64,000 nucleotides of DNA from Octopus sinensis (Eukaryota). This document shows, piece by piece, positions 1 through 13,947 of this stretch. Within the stretch, counting starts at the first letter, position 1. The number at the start of each line of letters is the position of its first letter. Both the position numbers and the translations under genes were made by a program. The notes under the pieces were generated by a model. That model was given only the letters and a program-made list of their open reading frames with translations, was not told where the DNA came from and ran no database searches. The stretch spans positions 33,542,001-33,606,000 of the forward strand of contig NC_042999.1 in NCBI RefSeq assembly GCF_006345805.1, given 5' to 3'.

Positions 1-231
1 AAATTGAAAAAAAATCATTGAACGCCTCAATGACATGCAACATGCTCTTTAAACACATCGGATTCACATATGATTAACTACATTAGGGAAACATTTCTTT
101 TAACATTGTCGACAACATGTTTGGATTTCATTGGGCTTCAGTCTTCATGAAAAATCAAATTCTGAGCTGAAAGATTTTCTCAGGGATTTCATTAGATTAG
201 ACGTGGATTGGACCCATATTTACCGAAACAA

Positions 232-745
<514 letters not shown>

Positions 746-2204
746 CTATAAGATTATTGTAGATAATATTTGTGTACATATATATACATACATATACTCA
801 TAGCAATATGTGTTTGCAATTATATATATACATATGCGCACACTCACACACATACGTGTGTATGTGTGCATGTGTGCGTGTATGTGTGTGTGTGAAGATG
901 TGTGTCAGCGTTTTTATGTATGTACGTATTAAGAACAATTTTTAATAACTTTTGTATAAAGTATAATTCAAAGAAGTGTCATGTTAAAATAATTTTATTA
1001 TAAGATATGTCTTCCACATATGTCATGTTGTTATATAAACGTGCATGCGACCTAAGGGGACGCTTATTCTTGATTATGGAACCTTTTCGTCTATCTTTGC
1101 TTTTAACTATATTTAACTTATATTTCTTTGATGCTGCGAGATTTTGCTTGTATAATCAGGTGACAGATTTATTACTCAGCTTTTGGTTTGGAAAATTTAT
1201 GTCAGAAGCACACCCAGTGATGTATTATTTCCTTGTTCGCGACTGAATTTTAAGACATAATACTTTTAAATCCATCGTTGGATATATATTTACTTCCGTA
1301 AGTATTAAGAATGAAATAGCTAGTTGAGTCGGGATTTTAGATGTGCATTTGACATTCTTTTCCTGATTGTATTATATTTTTTTACAAAGCGAATAATTTA
1401 TTCTGAACATGACTCGTGTTATGAAATATTGCTAACTGCTCCATAGAAATACGTGATAGTATTTCTGGAAATTTTCAAGTGATAATTGGAAAATATAATG
1501 TAATATGAAATTACAAAACCTATATCTAATGTGTCCCCTAAAAAGGTAAATTGTATGCAATACTAACAAATCAGAATGTGTGGCCAAATGTTTTGTGAAA
1601 TATCGAACATACATAAACCAAATACCTGTCACATAATGTAATGTGTTTTATTTTTGCATCAACTAATAGTGTATTATTTTCTTTTGACTGAATGTTTATA
1701 ATTAATTGTCACAGAATATTCTCTCGTTCACATTCACCGTAAGAAGCAACAGGCGAACAACTCACTACCAAATTATTTGTTCAACATGGTCCACCAACCT
1801 CCAATTGTAGCATTCGTACTTGCAACCACAGAGATTATCTTTCCCAAGTATTGATTTTACCTAACCACCTGTCAGTGTCTCTTTTCCTAATCAATGTGAT
1901 GTTTTTCAATATATTCCAAACAACTAACCCAATTATTGTGTGACAATTGGCTAGCAAATGGAAGCTGCACAATGATTTGTATGCGATGTTATTCTATATT
2001 CAGATGATAAATATCAAAATTATGAGAATTGAATAAATTTTGCACAATTATCTATGTCTCAAAAGACAGATATAATGTTATCTACTGGGTAACATCTTGA
2101 CACACTATAATCAACCTGTACTTGATGATCTAGTAATGCTGATACTGATTCTCACTCACTCATATAAGTATTATACATGCATAAAAATATATATATATAT
2201 ATCG

Positions 2205-2265
<61 letters not shown>

Positions 2266-2364
2266 TAAAAACGGTAAGATAACAAAAGAAAAAAGAGACC
2301 TCAATATTATGTAAATAGAGGAAATCTATCTATAAAATAATATGTTTCATTTACTCAATAGTCA

Positions 2365-2427
2365 AGATAAAACTCTGAGTTTCAGATGCCGAAGTGGAAA
2401 TCCACAACACCATATCTTCGGTTATCT
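2365..2427 (-). ncRNA. Hammerhead-like fold, U4C core variant
   Basis: Minus: AGATAA-CCGAAGA-[31-nt imperfect hairpin]-GAAA-CTCAGAG-T-T-TTATCT; stem I 6 bp, near-palindromic stem III ACTCAGAGT. Confidence 0.4.
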
Positions 2428-3114
2428 GGCTATCTGAAAAACGCTATGAAAAAATAACGTTATATAAAGGGAAATTACTGTGTTATAATTCTACTCGCGG
2501 ACCCACATGCGTACTTATACGTCACTATGAAAACGTATACATCTTCACTCGCATTTTTCGCCAAATATATACGCATATATATACAAACTCATACACACAC
2601 ACATGCTTACCGTAAATGTTCATACATACGTCTATATACGCACACGCACAAGAAAAACCATGGTTAAAGGTAACAGAAAAAAACATAAGGAAGTATAAAA
2701 ATCTTAAAAACCACGTTCATATACGGACATGCCCCTATGCACTCATACTCACACACGCCCATATGTACATACCGCACATATTTATATACACATGCATACA
2801 CACGCGTATACAAAAAATGAATACACATATGTCCCCCCCCTATATATATATATATTATATATATATATATATATATGTGCGTGTGTTTGTGTGTATAAAT
2901 TAGAGAAGAACAACCATGTAGCAATTCAAAAATGTTATACTTAAATCATACCATATAGAAAAAAATTAAAAATACGATAAAATATTTACCTAGAACTAAA
3001 TAACGTACGAAATAATAAATAAATAGTATATAATTCCCCATTTATATATACTTTATATAAATAGTATATATTTTATATAAAGTGTATATAAATAGTATAT
3101 AATTATATATAACG

Positions 3115-3181
3115 TGTGACAATTACTCGGTAGCCATTATAAAACTCCGAGTTTTATCATGGCTACCGAATAATAGTCACA
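3115..3181. repeat. ~67-bp near-perfect palindrome (fold-back)
   Basis: TCGGTAGCCAT-TATAAAACTC-C-GAGTTTTATC-ATGGCTACCGA, arms extend to TGTGAC/GTCACA with 3 mismatches overall. Confidence 0.9.
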
Positions 3182-3259
3182 TATATTTACAGATAAATTC
3201 CTTTATTTACATTATATTCTTATTCATTCTTTTGTTGTCTTACCAGTTCTAAATTCTAT

Positions 3260-3330
<71 letters not shown>

Positions 3331-3419
3331 ATATACATGTGTTTATGTGTGTGTGTGTGTGTGGTGTGTGTGTGTGTGTGTGCGTGTGTGTTTGAAAATG
3401 GAGACAAACGCTCAAGATG

Positions 3420-4030
3420 TTATTAAATCATTTGTATATTACAACTCGAAGATGTGTTGAGATGACGTCTTTGTTATGGTTTTCAGTCGCCTCATATTGA
3501 AAAAACTGTCATCTGGCTGGTACCTGACTGATTTTTGCATCTTTCAGCTTGAATGAATGCCTGGCGTGGAGGGCTACGCCTGCCATGTAGTAGTTGAAGA
3601 TGACTGGGGCAAGTACGCATCCTTGCCTGACACCCACTTGGGCAGGGAATAAGGCAGACTGGGTACCATTATAGACGACTCTGGCCATTATTCTGTTATG
3701 GAAGTCCATCAGAAAAGCAAGAAAAATGTGGTGGGCAACCGAAAGCAAGAAGATGCCTCGGCTATTTCCACAGACTGCTCTGTCACCTTTGCTTTTTTAT
3801 AGTGCAACTATGTTGGCATCTTTCCATTGACGGGGCACGCAGTGGGAATCGATGCTCTGCAGATGAAAGCATGGATGTGGGTCCTCGGACCGGTCGTCAT
3901 GTCGGCGGGCAGGTAGTCAATGCGGGATGCCTTGTTTAACGTGAGGCCATTTATCACAGATTCGTTTTCTCCGAAGGCTGGCGTATTATCTATAGATGCG
4001 TGGTAGTGAATGAATGTTGTCAAGAGAAGA
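3420..4030 (-). mobile_element. RTE-clade LINE, inverted 5' segment (pre-RT and RT N-terminal part, decayed)
   Basis: Minus-strand peptides INGLTLNKASRIDYLPAD, KGDRAVCGNSRGIFLLSVA, GVRQGCVLAPVIFNYYM, FFNMRRLKTITK match RTE ORF2 motifs. Confidence 0.85.
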
Positions 4031-4039
4031 AGGTTCTAT

Positions 4040-4940
4040 GAAGTTTCTTCGAGTTGCAATATGCAGATGATAAGGCACTTATCAACCGTAGCTCTGCTGG
4101 CCTACAAAGTCTCTTGGACCACATGTTAGATGGAGACAGACATGCTGGCCTAGTCATCAATATCAAGAAGACGGAAATCCCCCAAGAGCCGCTGACACCA
4201 ATTCATGCCCCTTCCATGTTGAAGATGCGATAATTGTTAATGTTAAATAATTCACGTATCTTGGTTCAGTCCTCAACAACACATTCGATCTGACGGACGC
4301 ATTCGTCTTGCCTCCGCTACATTTGGTCGGCTAAGTACTCGCGTGTTTCTCAACAAAAATATCAACATCAAAACAAGAGTGGCTGTCTACAATGTTTCTG
4401 TCTCAATCCTGCTATATGGTTGCATGTCCCGAGATACTGGAACGGTTTCATATCTCTCGCCGAATACGTGGCCGAACAAACAGCCAAACATTGGAGGTAC
4501 GAATCGCTAACCGCCAACTCAGATGGGTAAGTCATGGCATTCAAATGCCTTCAAATCGATTGTTCCTCTTGTTATATACAGCAAACTTGATGATGGAATA
4601 CGCTCTGTCAGTGGTCAGCACAAGCGCTTTAAAGATCCCTTGAAGGCAATGTTGAAATAGTGTCATATCCCTCCCGACAGTCTCGAATCAATGGCTGCAG
4701 ATCGCATTAACTGACGTGACGCATACAAGACTGGCACCACCAGACTCCATGAAGTTCTACTGAAGAATGAAGTAACACGCTGCAGCCGCCGGCACGTGCA
4801 GAACCTTGGAAGTCAACAGCAGCAAGGCTTTACATGCTCCGCCTCCGGACGTATCTGTCTCTCCAGAATCGGACTTCATAGTCATCACAGAACTACAAAC
4901 GACATTTGGGGAAAGTGCTCATCGCTTCGCGATCTTCACG
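4040..4940 (+). mobile_element. RTE-clade LINE, 3' segment (YADD to C-terminal CCHH), decayed
   Basis: Plus-strand FELQYADDKAL..GLVINIKKTE, QLRWVSHGIQM and C-terminal GRICLSRIGLHSHHRT. Confidence 0.85.
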
Positions 4941-5408
4941 AGATGTTGGTGATGTTAAATCGTTTATTCCTTCATACCATCGATAAACGAATCGATGGAT
5001 GCATTCAAATTAAATCCGATAGGATCCATCGAAATATGTGTCAATGATATGAAGATATTAATGATTTAATAGCATACATTTGTCTCCATTTTCAGTTGTT
5101 CCTATGTTCTCCAAAATACGTGTCGCTTAATAACTCCCACAAACGTGTGATCACTAATCCCTAGGATTCTTATGTGACGTCTTGTAATTATTCCCTTGGA
5201 CCTTTCGTATAAATTGAACATTCAAATATATATATATGCATAACAAAAATAATTTAATTAAACAGCGAATGCATTCTTACTTCTAGTGAACATTTTACTT
5301 TATTTCAGTAAACTGTTGAACTTGCGCAGTTTTCTAAAGCAGATGATACTTTCACATTTTATGTGTGTGTGTGTATATGTGTGCATGTATATATTATATG
5401 TGAGTATG

Positions 5409-5516
5409 TAGGCGTAGAAATAGCCGTGTGGTAAGTAGATTGCTTACCAACCGCCTGGTTCCGGGTCCAGCCTTGTGAGTGTAATTGCTAGAGAGAACTG
5501 AAAGAAGCCCATCGTG

Positions 5517-5585
<69 letters not shown>

Positions 5586-5763
5586 AGTCCCCCCAACATG
5601 GCTAGACAACCGATGTTCGTGTGTTTACGTCACCATAACTTAGCGGTTCGGCAAAAGAGGGAGATAGAATAAGTACTAGGCTTACAAACAATAAGTCATG
5701 GGGGCGATTTGCTCGACTAAAGACGGTGCTCTAGCATGGCCGCAGTCAACATGGGTGAAACAA

Positions 5764-5766
<3 letters not shown>
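5409..5766 (+). mobile_element. SINE family A copy (internally deleted)
   Basis: TAGCCGTGTGGTAAGTAG...GGTTCCGGGTCCAG head and family A 3' body. Confidence 0.8.
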
Positions 5767-5806
<40 letters not shown>

Positions 5807-6439
5807 AAATAATCCTATTTCCTATCACGAAATAGGAATGCATCTGTTGTTTAATTATCTACTGCGGCATAAGAGAAAAAAATATCTGTAGAAGTATTTT
5901 CCTTCACATGAAATTCAAAGTATTTGCCTAAAAATATTACATTTTTTTATTTTCGTTGAAAATGTAATTATGAATTAACTATGAACCACATTCATGGATG
6001 CAAATATAAACATATAATTTTATCCATTCTAAATATCCATAATTATAAATCTAGAATCGCCGTTGTTGATTGGAGTGGAAGCTATGAACAATAGGCGTAT
6101 GTGCCCAATTCATAACATTGTCCATATCATCGAAAAGAGTCCTTGTGGAAAAATACGAAGACAATTAAATCTTCTGCCATGACAACATCATATTCATTAG
6201 TAAAGAAAATTATATTTTATAGAGAAATAGAAATTGTGAGAGTTATATAAATGGATTCAGAATACAGCACGATATAGCTTTAAGCAAACTTATTATATTG
6301 GAAATTATTAGGTGTTCCTTTATATTATTAGAACGAGATGATTTCAATTTTTTCGCCAATGACAGTTGTTGGTAACATGTCATAAGATATACATGTTTTT
6401 TTTTTTATTCTGATGAGTTTAAAATACTATAAGCCTAGG

Positions 6440-6830
6440 CAACCAAGTGATTTCTTCAGTTCTCCAAGAGTATCACGCTGTATTATATGGCAGTCAAAAA
6501 TTGACATTAACACATAAATTATCAAACAGACTAAATGGATGCGAGACAAGGCTGTTACGAATACCTTTAAATGTGGAATGGCATCAACTTATGACAAATG
6601 AATGTCTTTATGGGAACTTGTTTAAAATTAGAAAGAAGATCGGGCAAAGACGTCTGTAATTACCTGATCACTGAGTACGTCACACAGAATTGGTAGCATC
6701 TAAATTAGACTTATGGAACCCACTTCATGATGATATAAGAAGAGGAAAATGTCGTCACAATTACATTGACAATTTGACTGCAGACATGGGCCTAGAAAAC
6801 ATCCAGGGCCTCGAGGCTGTGAGATTTTAA
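6440..6830 (+). mobile_element. Non-LTR retrotransposon ORF2 C-terminal relic (RTE-like)
   Basis: VLYGSQKLTLTHKLSNRLNGCETRLLRIPLNVEWHQLMTNECLYGNL..KIGQRRL then VRH..ASKLDLWNP..RRGKCRHNYIDNL resembles post-RT LINE sequence. Confidence 0.65.
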
Positions 6831-7975
6831 TAAATGCTTTCCTAGTTGGAAAGTAGAAATAATAATAATTATCCAGCTGGGCAAATATTTTCACCCAGCT
6901 TGCATTAAGACTTGATTAATCACCTCCTTGTTGCGATAAAGATTTTTATTCGACATTTTCGTCTCCAGAGAAAATTCAACTTTAGAATGTGTGCTTAGGC
7001 GCGCGCGTGAGTGTGTGTGTGTGTGTATTATTTATCAAATGTGCATTTGTACTTCTCTTGATTGTATCCCCAATTTCTGTCAGTTTTCAAAGTGGTTACA
7101 TTTCCGTTCATGTGATTCACGCTTCTATAGTTAGACTTCTAATATAAGATGATTACTTTCCCTTGTGATTTCTTTCTCTTTCTACTTATACACCCACTGA
7201 TAAATTTTATTTCAGTTTCACTATCTGCATTCAATGTATCCAACACCACAAATAATTATTTCTTTCCTCCCAAATTGTATCAAGTTCAAGACGATTATCT
7301 TTTCTTGATCAGCGCAATATAATTTATTACCCTAAGTAAACAAATTTTAAAAGTACATCTAATTGTGAACCGACAGAGGGAGCCCTATACAGTCATTCGA
7401 CCTGCTGATTATAGCAATCAGTCGTCTCTCAAATTTGACAGCATGTTCAATAATATAGTCGTAAATATACTGAGAATAATAGAAACGAATGTATTCTCAG
7501 TTGCATGCTGTTCATTATAGCTCAAGCCCACAGTAGATACAACATACGTAACTTTGATTGATATCCCTCACATTCACCACCATCACCATCATTATTATCG
7601 TTATCTTCTTATTCAGCTTTAGTCGTTGAATGAGACTAAATTAAATTGTAATGTTATAAATGATTATCACTGCGTACATTCCGGTTCACAGTATTCTGGA
7701 TTTATCCCTACTAATTATTTTGTATTGATTTTTAAAAATAAAATGAGACCTGGTTGAATCACAAAACGCTGACAACGCTTTTGAAAGGTGTTAACCATGT
7801 TATTGTATCAAAGGAACTGAGAAAACTGTATAGACGTCACTTACTGTAATTTCCTTTAAAATTCTTTAGAGCCCATTATAAATGGCTTTAAACACTTTCA
7901 ATTTAGACGTTAGCATATCTAGCTTTATAATTCGGTACTTGCACGATTAAAGTGTTGCAATACTAACCACGCTAC

Positions 7976-8107
7976 CTGCTTGCATATCAGAGACATTTCA
8001 GCATCGTCTATGTCATCATCTTTGACTTGCTTGTGACTTTCTAGATATTTACTGTCTGATATTTTTCTCTTATTTGACAGGTCCACTGCTTTGATAGCCA
8101 TCAACAC
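7976..8107 (-). CDS. Candidate internal coding exon (132 bp, phase 0), product unknown
   Basis: Acceptor CTTTATTTCCAG, donor CAG/GTAGCG; only phase 0 is open: VLMAIKAVDLSNKRKISDSKYLESHKQVKDDDIDDAEMSLICKQ. No family recognised. Confidence 0.3.
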
Positions 8108-9139
8108 CTGGAAATAAAGCTCGATGGCCCTTCCCTTGCAACCGTATATTATGAACTGCAATTAATATGTCACGTTAAATATATACAACTGAGCACAATC
8201 TGTATAGCGTTTATTAAAATCTCACATCTGCAGCGTATCAACTTTGTCTTAAAAGAGCATCTGATATTGGTAACCTAGCATTGGGATTTGACGTGACAAT
8301 GACAATTTCAGATACGTTCCAATTTATTTTGCATTATATATGAAAATTGTTTTATCACAAAGTACGTGTAATTTTCAGAAATGTACAAAGTTGTTGTGAT
8401 TGGCAGACACCATTTAAACCTTTAAGCAACATGGAAACTTTGTTCTAACGTGACATTTTGGAGAACAATTGATCCAGATTTTCGTGAATCATATGAGATA
8501 TTTTGTCATGACGCTTGCAATAATAATTTCAAAATAATGTTCATTTAGTATGAGGATGTGATCTGCAGACACTGAATAGGAGCTGTGTTTAATGGCACGT
8601 AAAAAAATTAAATTAAAGAAGGGTTCTGTGACAATCAGGTCATCATGCAATCAATGGTGTCATTAATGAGTCATGAGCAAATATTTCTAGACATTAATGG
8701 CTAATTAACCCAAATCGCATTAGTGGTAGAAACGGCATCGCCATTGTATATTGTTCTGTTAACCTACTGAATGTTACATGTGATTAAGATAAGTGGCCAG
8801 GTGGAGTTGAGCTAATACAAGTGGGCATATGAACAGATAGATAAACGTTGTAAATCAAACACAATGATATTAGCCAATCATTAGGCTAGTATTTAAAGTG
8901 GGTTTGTAGATAAGATTCTTCATTTTCTATAATTTGAAACGCATTGGTATAAACCATAGTAATTCTGACCGGATATTTTACACGATGCTTTGAAGGACAG
9001 CAAATTAATGTATATATATATATATCTTAGAACAATCATATCGCGGTTTGCGATATGACCAATTCAAACAGTAGGCTAGTTTTTCTTTTGATTCAGATTA
9101 TTGCTTATCCTTCCTTCTTTGGTTAAATCTTAAATTTAC

Positions 9140-9199
9140 AGCTGGGCGTTGAGGAACACCGCAGTAGACACCTTCTCTCGGTGGTGATGCGCTCGCCAT
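9140..9199 (-). CDS. Candidate first coding exon (60 bp)
   Basis: GAAATGGCG start in a locally GC-rich patch, MASASPPREGVYCGVPQRPA, then weak donor GCT/GTAAAT in phase 0. Confidence 0.15.
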
Positions 9200-9469
9200 T
9201 TCCACACCCTCTAACATCTATCCTGATGTACAATATCTACCTACCAAACCTTTGTGTTCAAAAACAATTCCTAAACAGTATTCCTACTCTCCCTGTGAAT
9301 ATGAATGCATTATACTGAACTTTTGTTAAATAGCTTCCTCCCCTCCCTAGTTCATCTTCCTTTTCTTTTCTTTTATCTCATTTTCTGTCTCTCTTATAAA
9401 TATATCTCTTTTACTAGTTTTTTAAAAATACTTTTAAAATTGTATTTATTTATTTATTTATTTATTTCT

Positions 9470-12400
9470 GATAATGCCGGGTTGGTGAAGGGAGCTTAGC
9501 GCTCATCACTTATAAAATGTTCCAATGGATTGCGCAAGAACTCTCATCTGACAGTCAAGCCCGAATCCTTCGCCAAACCAACAGGCGAAGAATGGGAAAA
9601 TATAAGTATATGGCAACTTCAGTTAACCAGTGTTACGGATAGGCTGCACTCATTAGCCTTGGATTGCAAACAGCCTTGGAGAAGGGAGCCTCTGAGACCA
9701 AAACCTTGAGAGCAAGGCCCCTGCCGCCTTGGTGGACTACTTTTATAGATATGTTGTCTCGATAAAAATACCTGTTAGTACTAACCTAAAAGCACACCTC
9801 ATTTCTGAGAGAAAATGTCAAGCAAAATAGACGACGTTAACAGTGAAGGTTCCGCACCCGTCAGGTACCCAACTTTGCAGCAGGGTGAGCCCGGTCGTAA
9901 TGCAGCATCTGCTAGCCATGCAAGAAGACACAAGTGGAGTAAACAAGTAAGCATGATGGGTATAGAGTGTTACTACCAGGGCACCCCAGTAGATGCGAAT
10001 AGTGAGCCTGTCAGAGGGTACAGAAAACGAATGCCCAGGGAATCGAAGACAATGGAACTGTTTAAAATTAATGAACAGAGATTATGTGACCAAGTAAGAG
10101 CAATACGAAAGAATGGATGGCTAGCAGAACCGGAGCTAGAAGTTATTAAAAGAGGGCTATCGGGTGATGCTGGGTAGGCGAGAAACGAAAGTGGTATAGT
10201 GGAAGTGATGGACAGTTGTTCGAAAGAAAATATTGCCGTGAATTATTAAAGAACTGAGATCAGTGACAACTCAGACAATGACAATCAATTAATAATAGAC
10301 AGAAGTTTTGATCTATTAAATACAGAACGGACAGAATTTATGTGTGACTTTAAAATAGCTAATCAAGAGGTGAGTGATCTCAATAATGTATTGAGACACA
10401 TTGAAACAAAGAATATTACATAAACAAATAATATTATCTAGGCTGCTGGTAGGACTGTGGCGAAAAGAATGGTTTTGAAAACTGCTGAGAATAGAACAGC
10501 GACGGATAGGAGAGGAAATAAACAATCGTGTTGGAAAAGGAGACTTTTTGAAGACATAATCTCCTTGAACATTGCAGTATCAATACTTTTTAGGAAAAGA
10601 AATGGAGAACGTAAGAATGAATGGGAATCCTGAAAATTTAGGAAGAAGGACTGTGTAGATACAGAAGGCCTGGATATTGTAATTGAAGAAATGTAGTAAC
10701 GCATACATGCAAAAAAAAAAGAGGGAGAGAGAGAGAGACAGAGAGAGAGAGGGAACTAGGTTTAAACAACGGATTAAGCAATACCAGCAAAACATTGTTT
10801 AGAACCGACTAAAAAAGATTTCAACAAGAAATTAATGTTGATAAAAAACGTGATGCTGTTGCTGATAAATACTTTTCTGTGGAAAGATATGGAGTAAACA
10901 AGAATACGATAATACTACAACTGAATGGCTGTGCAGCCTGAAACAAACAGCTTCTTATCCCTAGCAAGTAATTATCCACTTCACAGGAGATAGTATCAGA
11001 AATATGAGTTAAAATTTAAGAAATTGGAAAGCAGTAGGACTTCATGGTGTACAGGGATTTTGCATTAAAAATGTTTAGTAGATGCCATGACAGAAGACGA
11101 CGTTGTTGTGCCTGAGGGATGCTCTCAAAGGGAAATGCAGCTGACAATTACAGACTTGCCTCTCATTAATGTGGAAGTTACTGTCAGATGGAATTGCAGA
11201 AGAACTGTATAAATTTCTTGATGGGAAGATACATTACCGCCGGAACAGGAAGGCTATAGAAGAAGAGGAGAGGGGTACCAAAGATCAACTACTGATACAC
11301 AAACTGGTAATGCAAATCTTAAACGAAGGTGACAAATCTGGGACTGTCCGGGATTGAATATTGCAAAGCTTATGACATGATTCCACATCCGTGCATCATC
11401 GAGAACTTAGGATCTGTTTTGAGTTGCGAGGAATGTAACGTGTTTCTTGAAGAGAGGTATTGTGGGATGGAAAACTGAAATGACATCTTACGGAAAAAGC
11501 GAGGCACTATGAGTATCAGAAGAGGGATTTTCCAGGGTGATAACCTATCACCACTGCTTTGTGTTCTCTGTATGATACCCCTGACCTTGGTACTTTGGAA
11601 AATTAATCTCGGGTGTCAACTAAAGGAGAAATCCGAAGCAATCAACCACCTCTTCTTCATGGATGATTTGAAATTGTATGCCAAAGATGGGACACAAGTG
11701 GGTTCGTTGGTGAACACAGTCCACTCCTTTAGTACTGATATTAGAATTGAATTTGGATTGAAGAAGTGCGGAATAATCTACCAGCTAAGGCAAGGTATAG
11801 TCCCTAGCAAGGATAAAATTACCAAATAGAGGCTTGATTAAACAAATTGAAACGGAAGGATACAAATACCTTGGGACACTAGTGTTCTACGAGATAATGG
11901 GAAAGGAAATGAAAAAGCAACTGAGGACGGAGTATTTCCGAAGAATGAAGCTGGTGTTGCGCTCAAAATTGATTGAATGGAATAAAATCCAAGCAGTTAA
12001 TACGTGGGTGATAGCATCACTTCTGTATGGAACAGGAATTATAAAATGGTGAAAGAGAAATGAAGAAAATGGATACCAAGACCAGAAAAATGTTTACAGT
12101 ACACGGAGCCTTCCACCTTAAAAGTGACACCGAAAGATTGTACTTGTCTAGAAGACGGTGAGAGAGATTTGATCAGTTGCCAGGACTGTATCGTAGCAGA
12201 GGAAAAGAGCCTCAGGTGGCATATAAAATGCCGTTAAGGCACTGTTGAAACACATGAAGATGGACGGCGTCATCAAAACAGAAAATTGTGTAACTAAAGA
12301 AAAATTTATATAAGATCTCAACAAAAACAAAAAAAAAAGGAAAAGCATGGAAGGAAAAATGTATGGTCAGTTTGCAAGAAATGTGAACGCCATGACAGAT

Positions 12401-12578
12401 ATAAGGGACCGAAGATGGAAACAGAAGCACTCATATGCACAGCTCAGGAACAAGCATTAAGAACAAACTATATGAAGTGCAGATTGGACAACACTACCGA
12501 TCACCGGACCAGACATCGGAACCCGGATATTGTTGTGGTAGAAAAGAAAGAAAGAAAAAAATAATGATAATAATAATA

Positions 12579-12615
<37 letters not shown>
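9470..12615 (+). mobile_element. R4/Dong-like non-LTR retrotransposon, long decayed copy ending in (TAA)n
   Basis: N-terminal [23 protein letters not shown]; RT motifs RRGIFQGDNLSPLL and NHLFFMDDLKLYAK; post-RT GYKYLG; many stops and frameshifts; (TAA)n at 12563-12615. 5' boundary approximate. Confidence 0.85.
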
Positions 12616-12617
<2 letters not shown>

Positions 12618-13077
12618 GCTAGACGCAATATTAAAACAAAAAGGAGAAATTCAATTGCCATTCATAGTGACTGAGGGTCCATGGTAGCAGCTACACTGCT
12701 AGAAATACGAGTCAAAACCGTGATAGCCACAAACATAGCACAGGTCTATGTAATGACAAGACAGTTGACAGTCTCACAGCGAGCGCAGATATTAAATTGG
12801 GAAGCCAAATTCGCTTGAAATTAAAGTTCATCAGTAGTACTACTCCATTACTGATAATTAAGTAAAATCCAAACGATCAGTATACAGACATTACCGTAAG
12901 AGTCAATAGCTTATCCAGCCGAATAGTACTGCGAAACTTATACAATAATACATGTAGCTAGACACAAACTTGTGCTATATATATATATATATATAGGGGT
13001 GATGAATGATAAAAAGTGTAAACATATTACATATGTGTATCTGTCTGTATATTCGTACGTATATATATGTATATATA

Positions 13078-13117
<40 letters not shown>

Positions 13118-13200
13118 GTATGTATGTGTATATATATATATATATATTATATATATATATACGTATATGATATATATATGTGTGTGTATATATATATTTA

Positions 13201-13443
13201 TATATTGTATAGAGGGCATTATTACACATAAATGCCTCACACTAAGAGGGACATAAGTCATTACTACCAAAATTTCACTAATCGTACCTAATGCAGTTTT
13301 CGAAGCAAGACATTTAAAAAATGAATTTAAATGTCTTGCTTCGAAAACCTGATTAGGTACGATTAGTGAAATTTTGGTAGTAATGACTTATGTCCCTCTT
13401 AGTGTGAGGCATTTATGTCTAATAATGCCCTCTATACAATATA
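13201..13443. repeat. 243-bp near-perfect palindrome (118-bp arms, 7-nt spacer)
   Basis: 13201-13318 is the reverse complement of 13326-13443 except one substitution and one small GCA/CAG shift. Confidence 0.95.
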
Positions 13444-13603
13444 AATTAATATTTTCAAAAGAAAAAAAATATTTTCGAATTTTTCTCTTATGAGGTTTTT
13501 CACGCTAACTACCTGATAATTTCTTGTTAAGATTCCTTATTAAGAAGTTATCCTTAATTGTTAAATATATATTTATATACATATATATATATTATATATA
13601 TAT

Positions 13604-13650
<47 letters not shown>

Positions 13651-13663
13651 ACATATATATATA

Positions 13664-13695
<32 letters not shown>

Positions 13696-13735
13696 ATGCA
13701 CACACACACACACATATATATATAATATATATATA

Positions 13736-13853
13736 TCACGTGATCACGTGACCGACCAGACCATCAGATGTTGCTACACATCGCTGGTCACAATACGATC
13801 GCATGGTTTTAGCCTTCGAATAACGCCACCCCACTTGCTAAGCGAACAGGCCA

Positions 13854-13854
<1 letters not shown>
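13736..13854 (-). mobile_element. SINE family C, 3' fragment
   Basis: CACGTGATCACGTGACCGACCAGACCATCAGATG... matches 27828-27945. Confidence 0.8.
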
Positions 13855-13887
<33 letters not shown>

Positions 13888-13901
13888 ATATATATATATA
13901 T

Positions 13902-13947
<46 letters not shown>

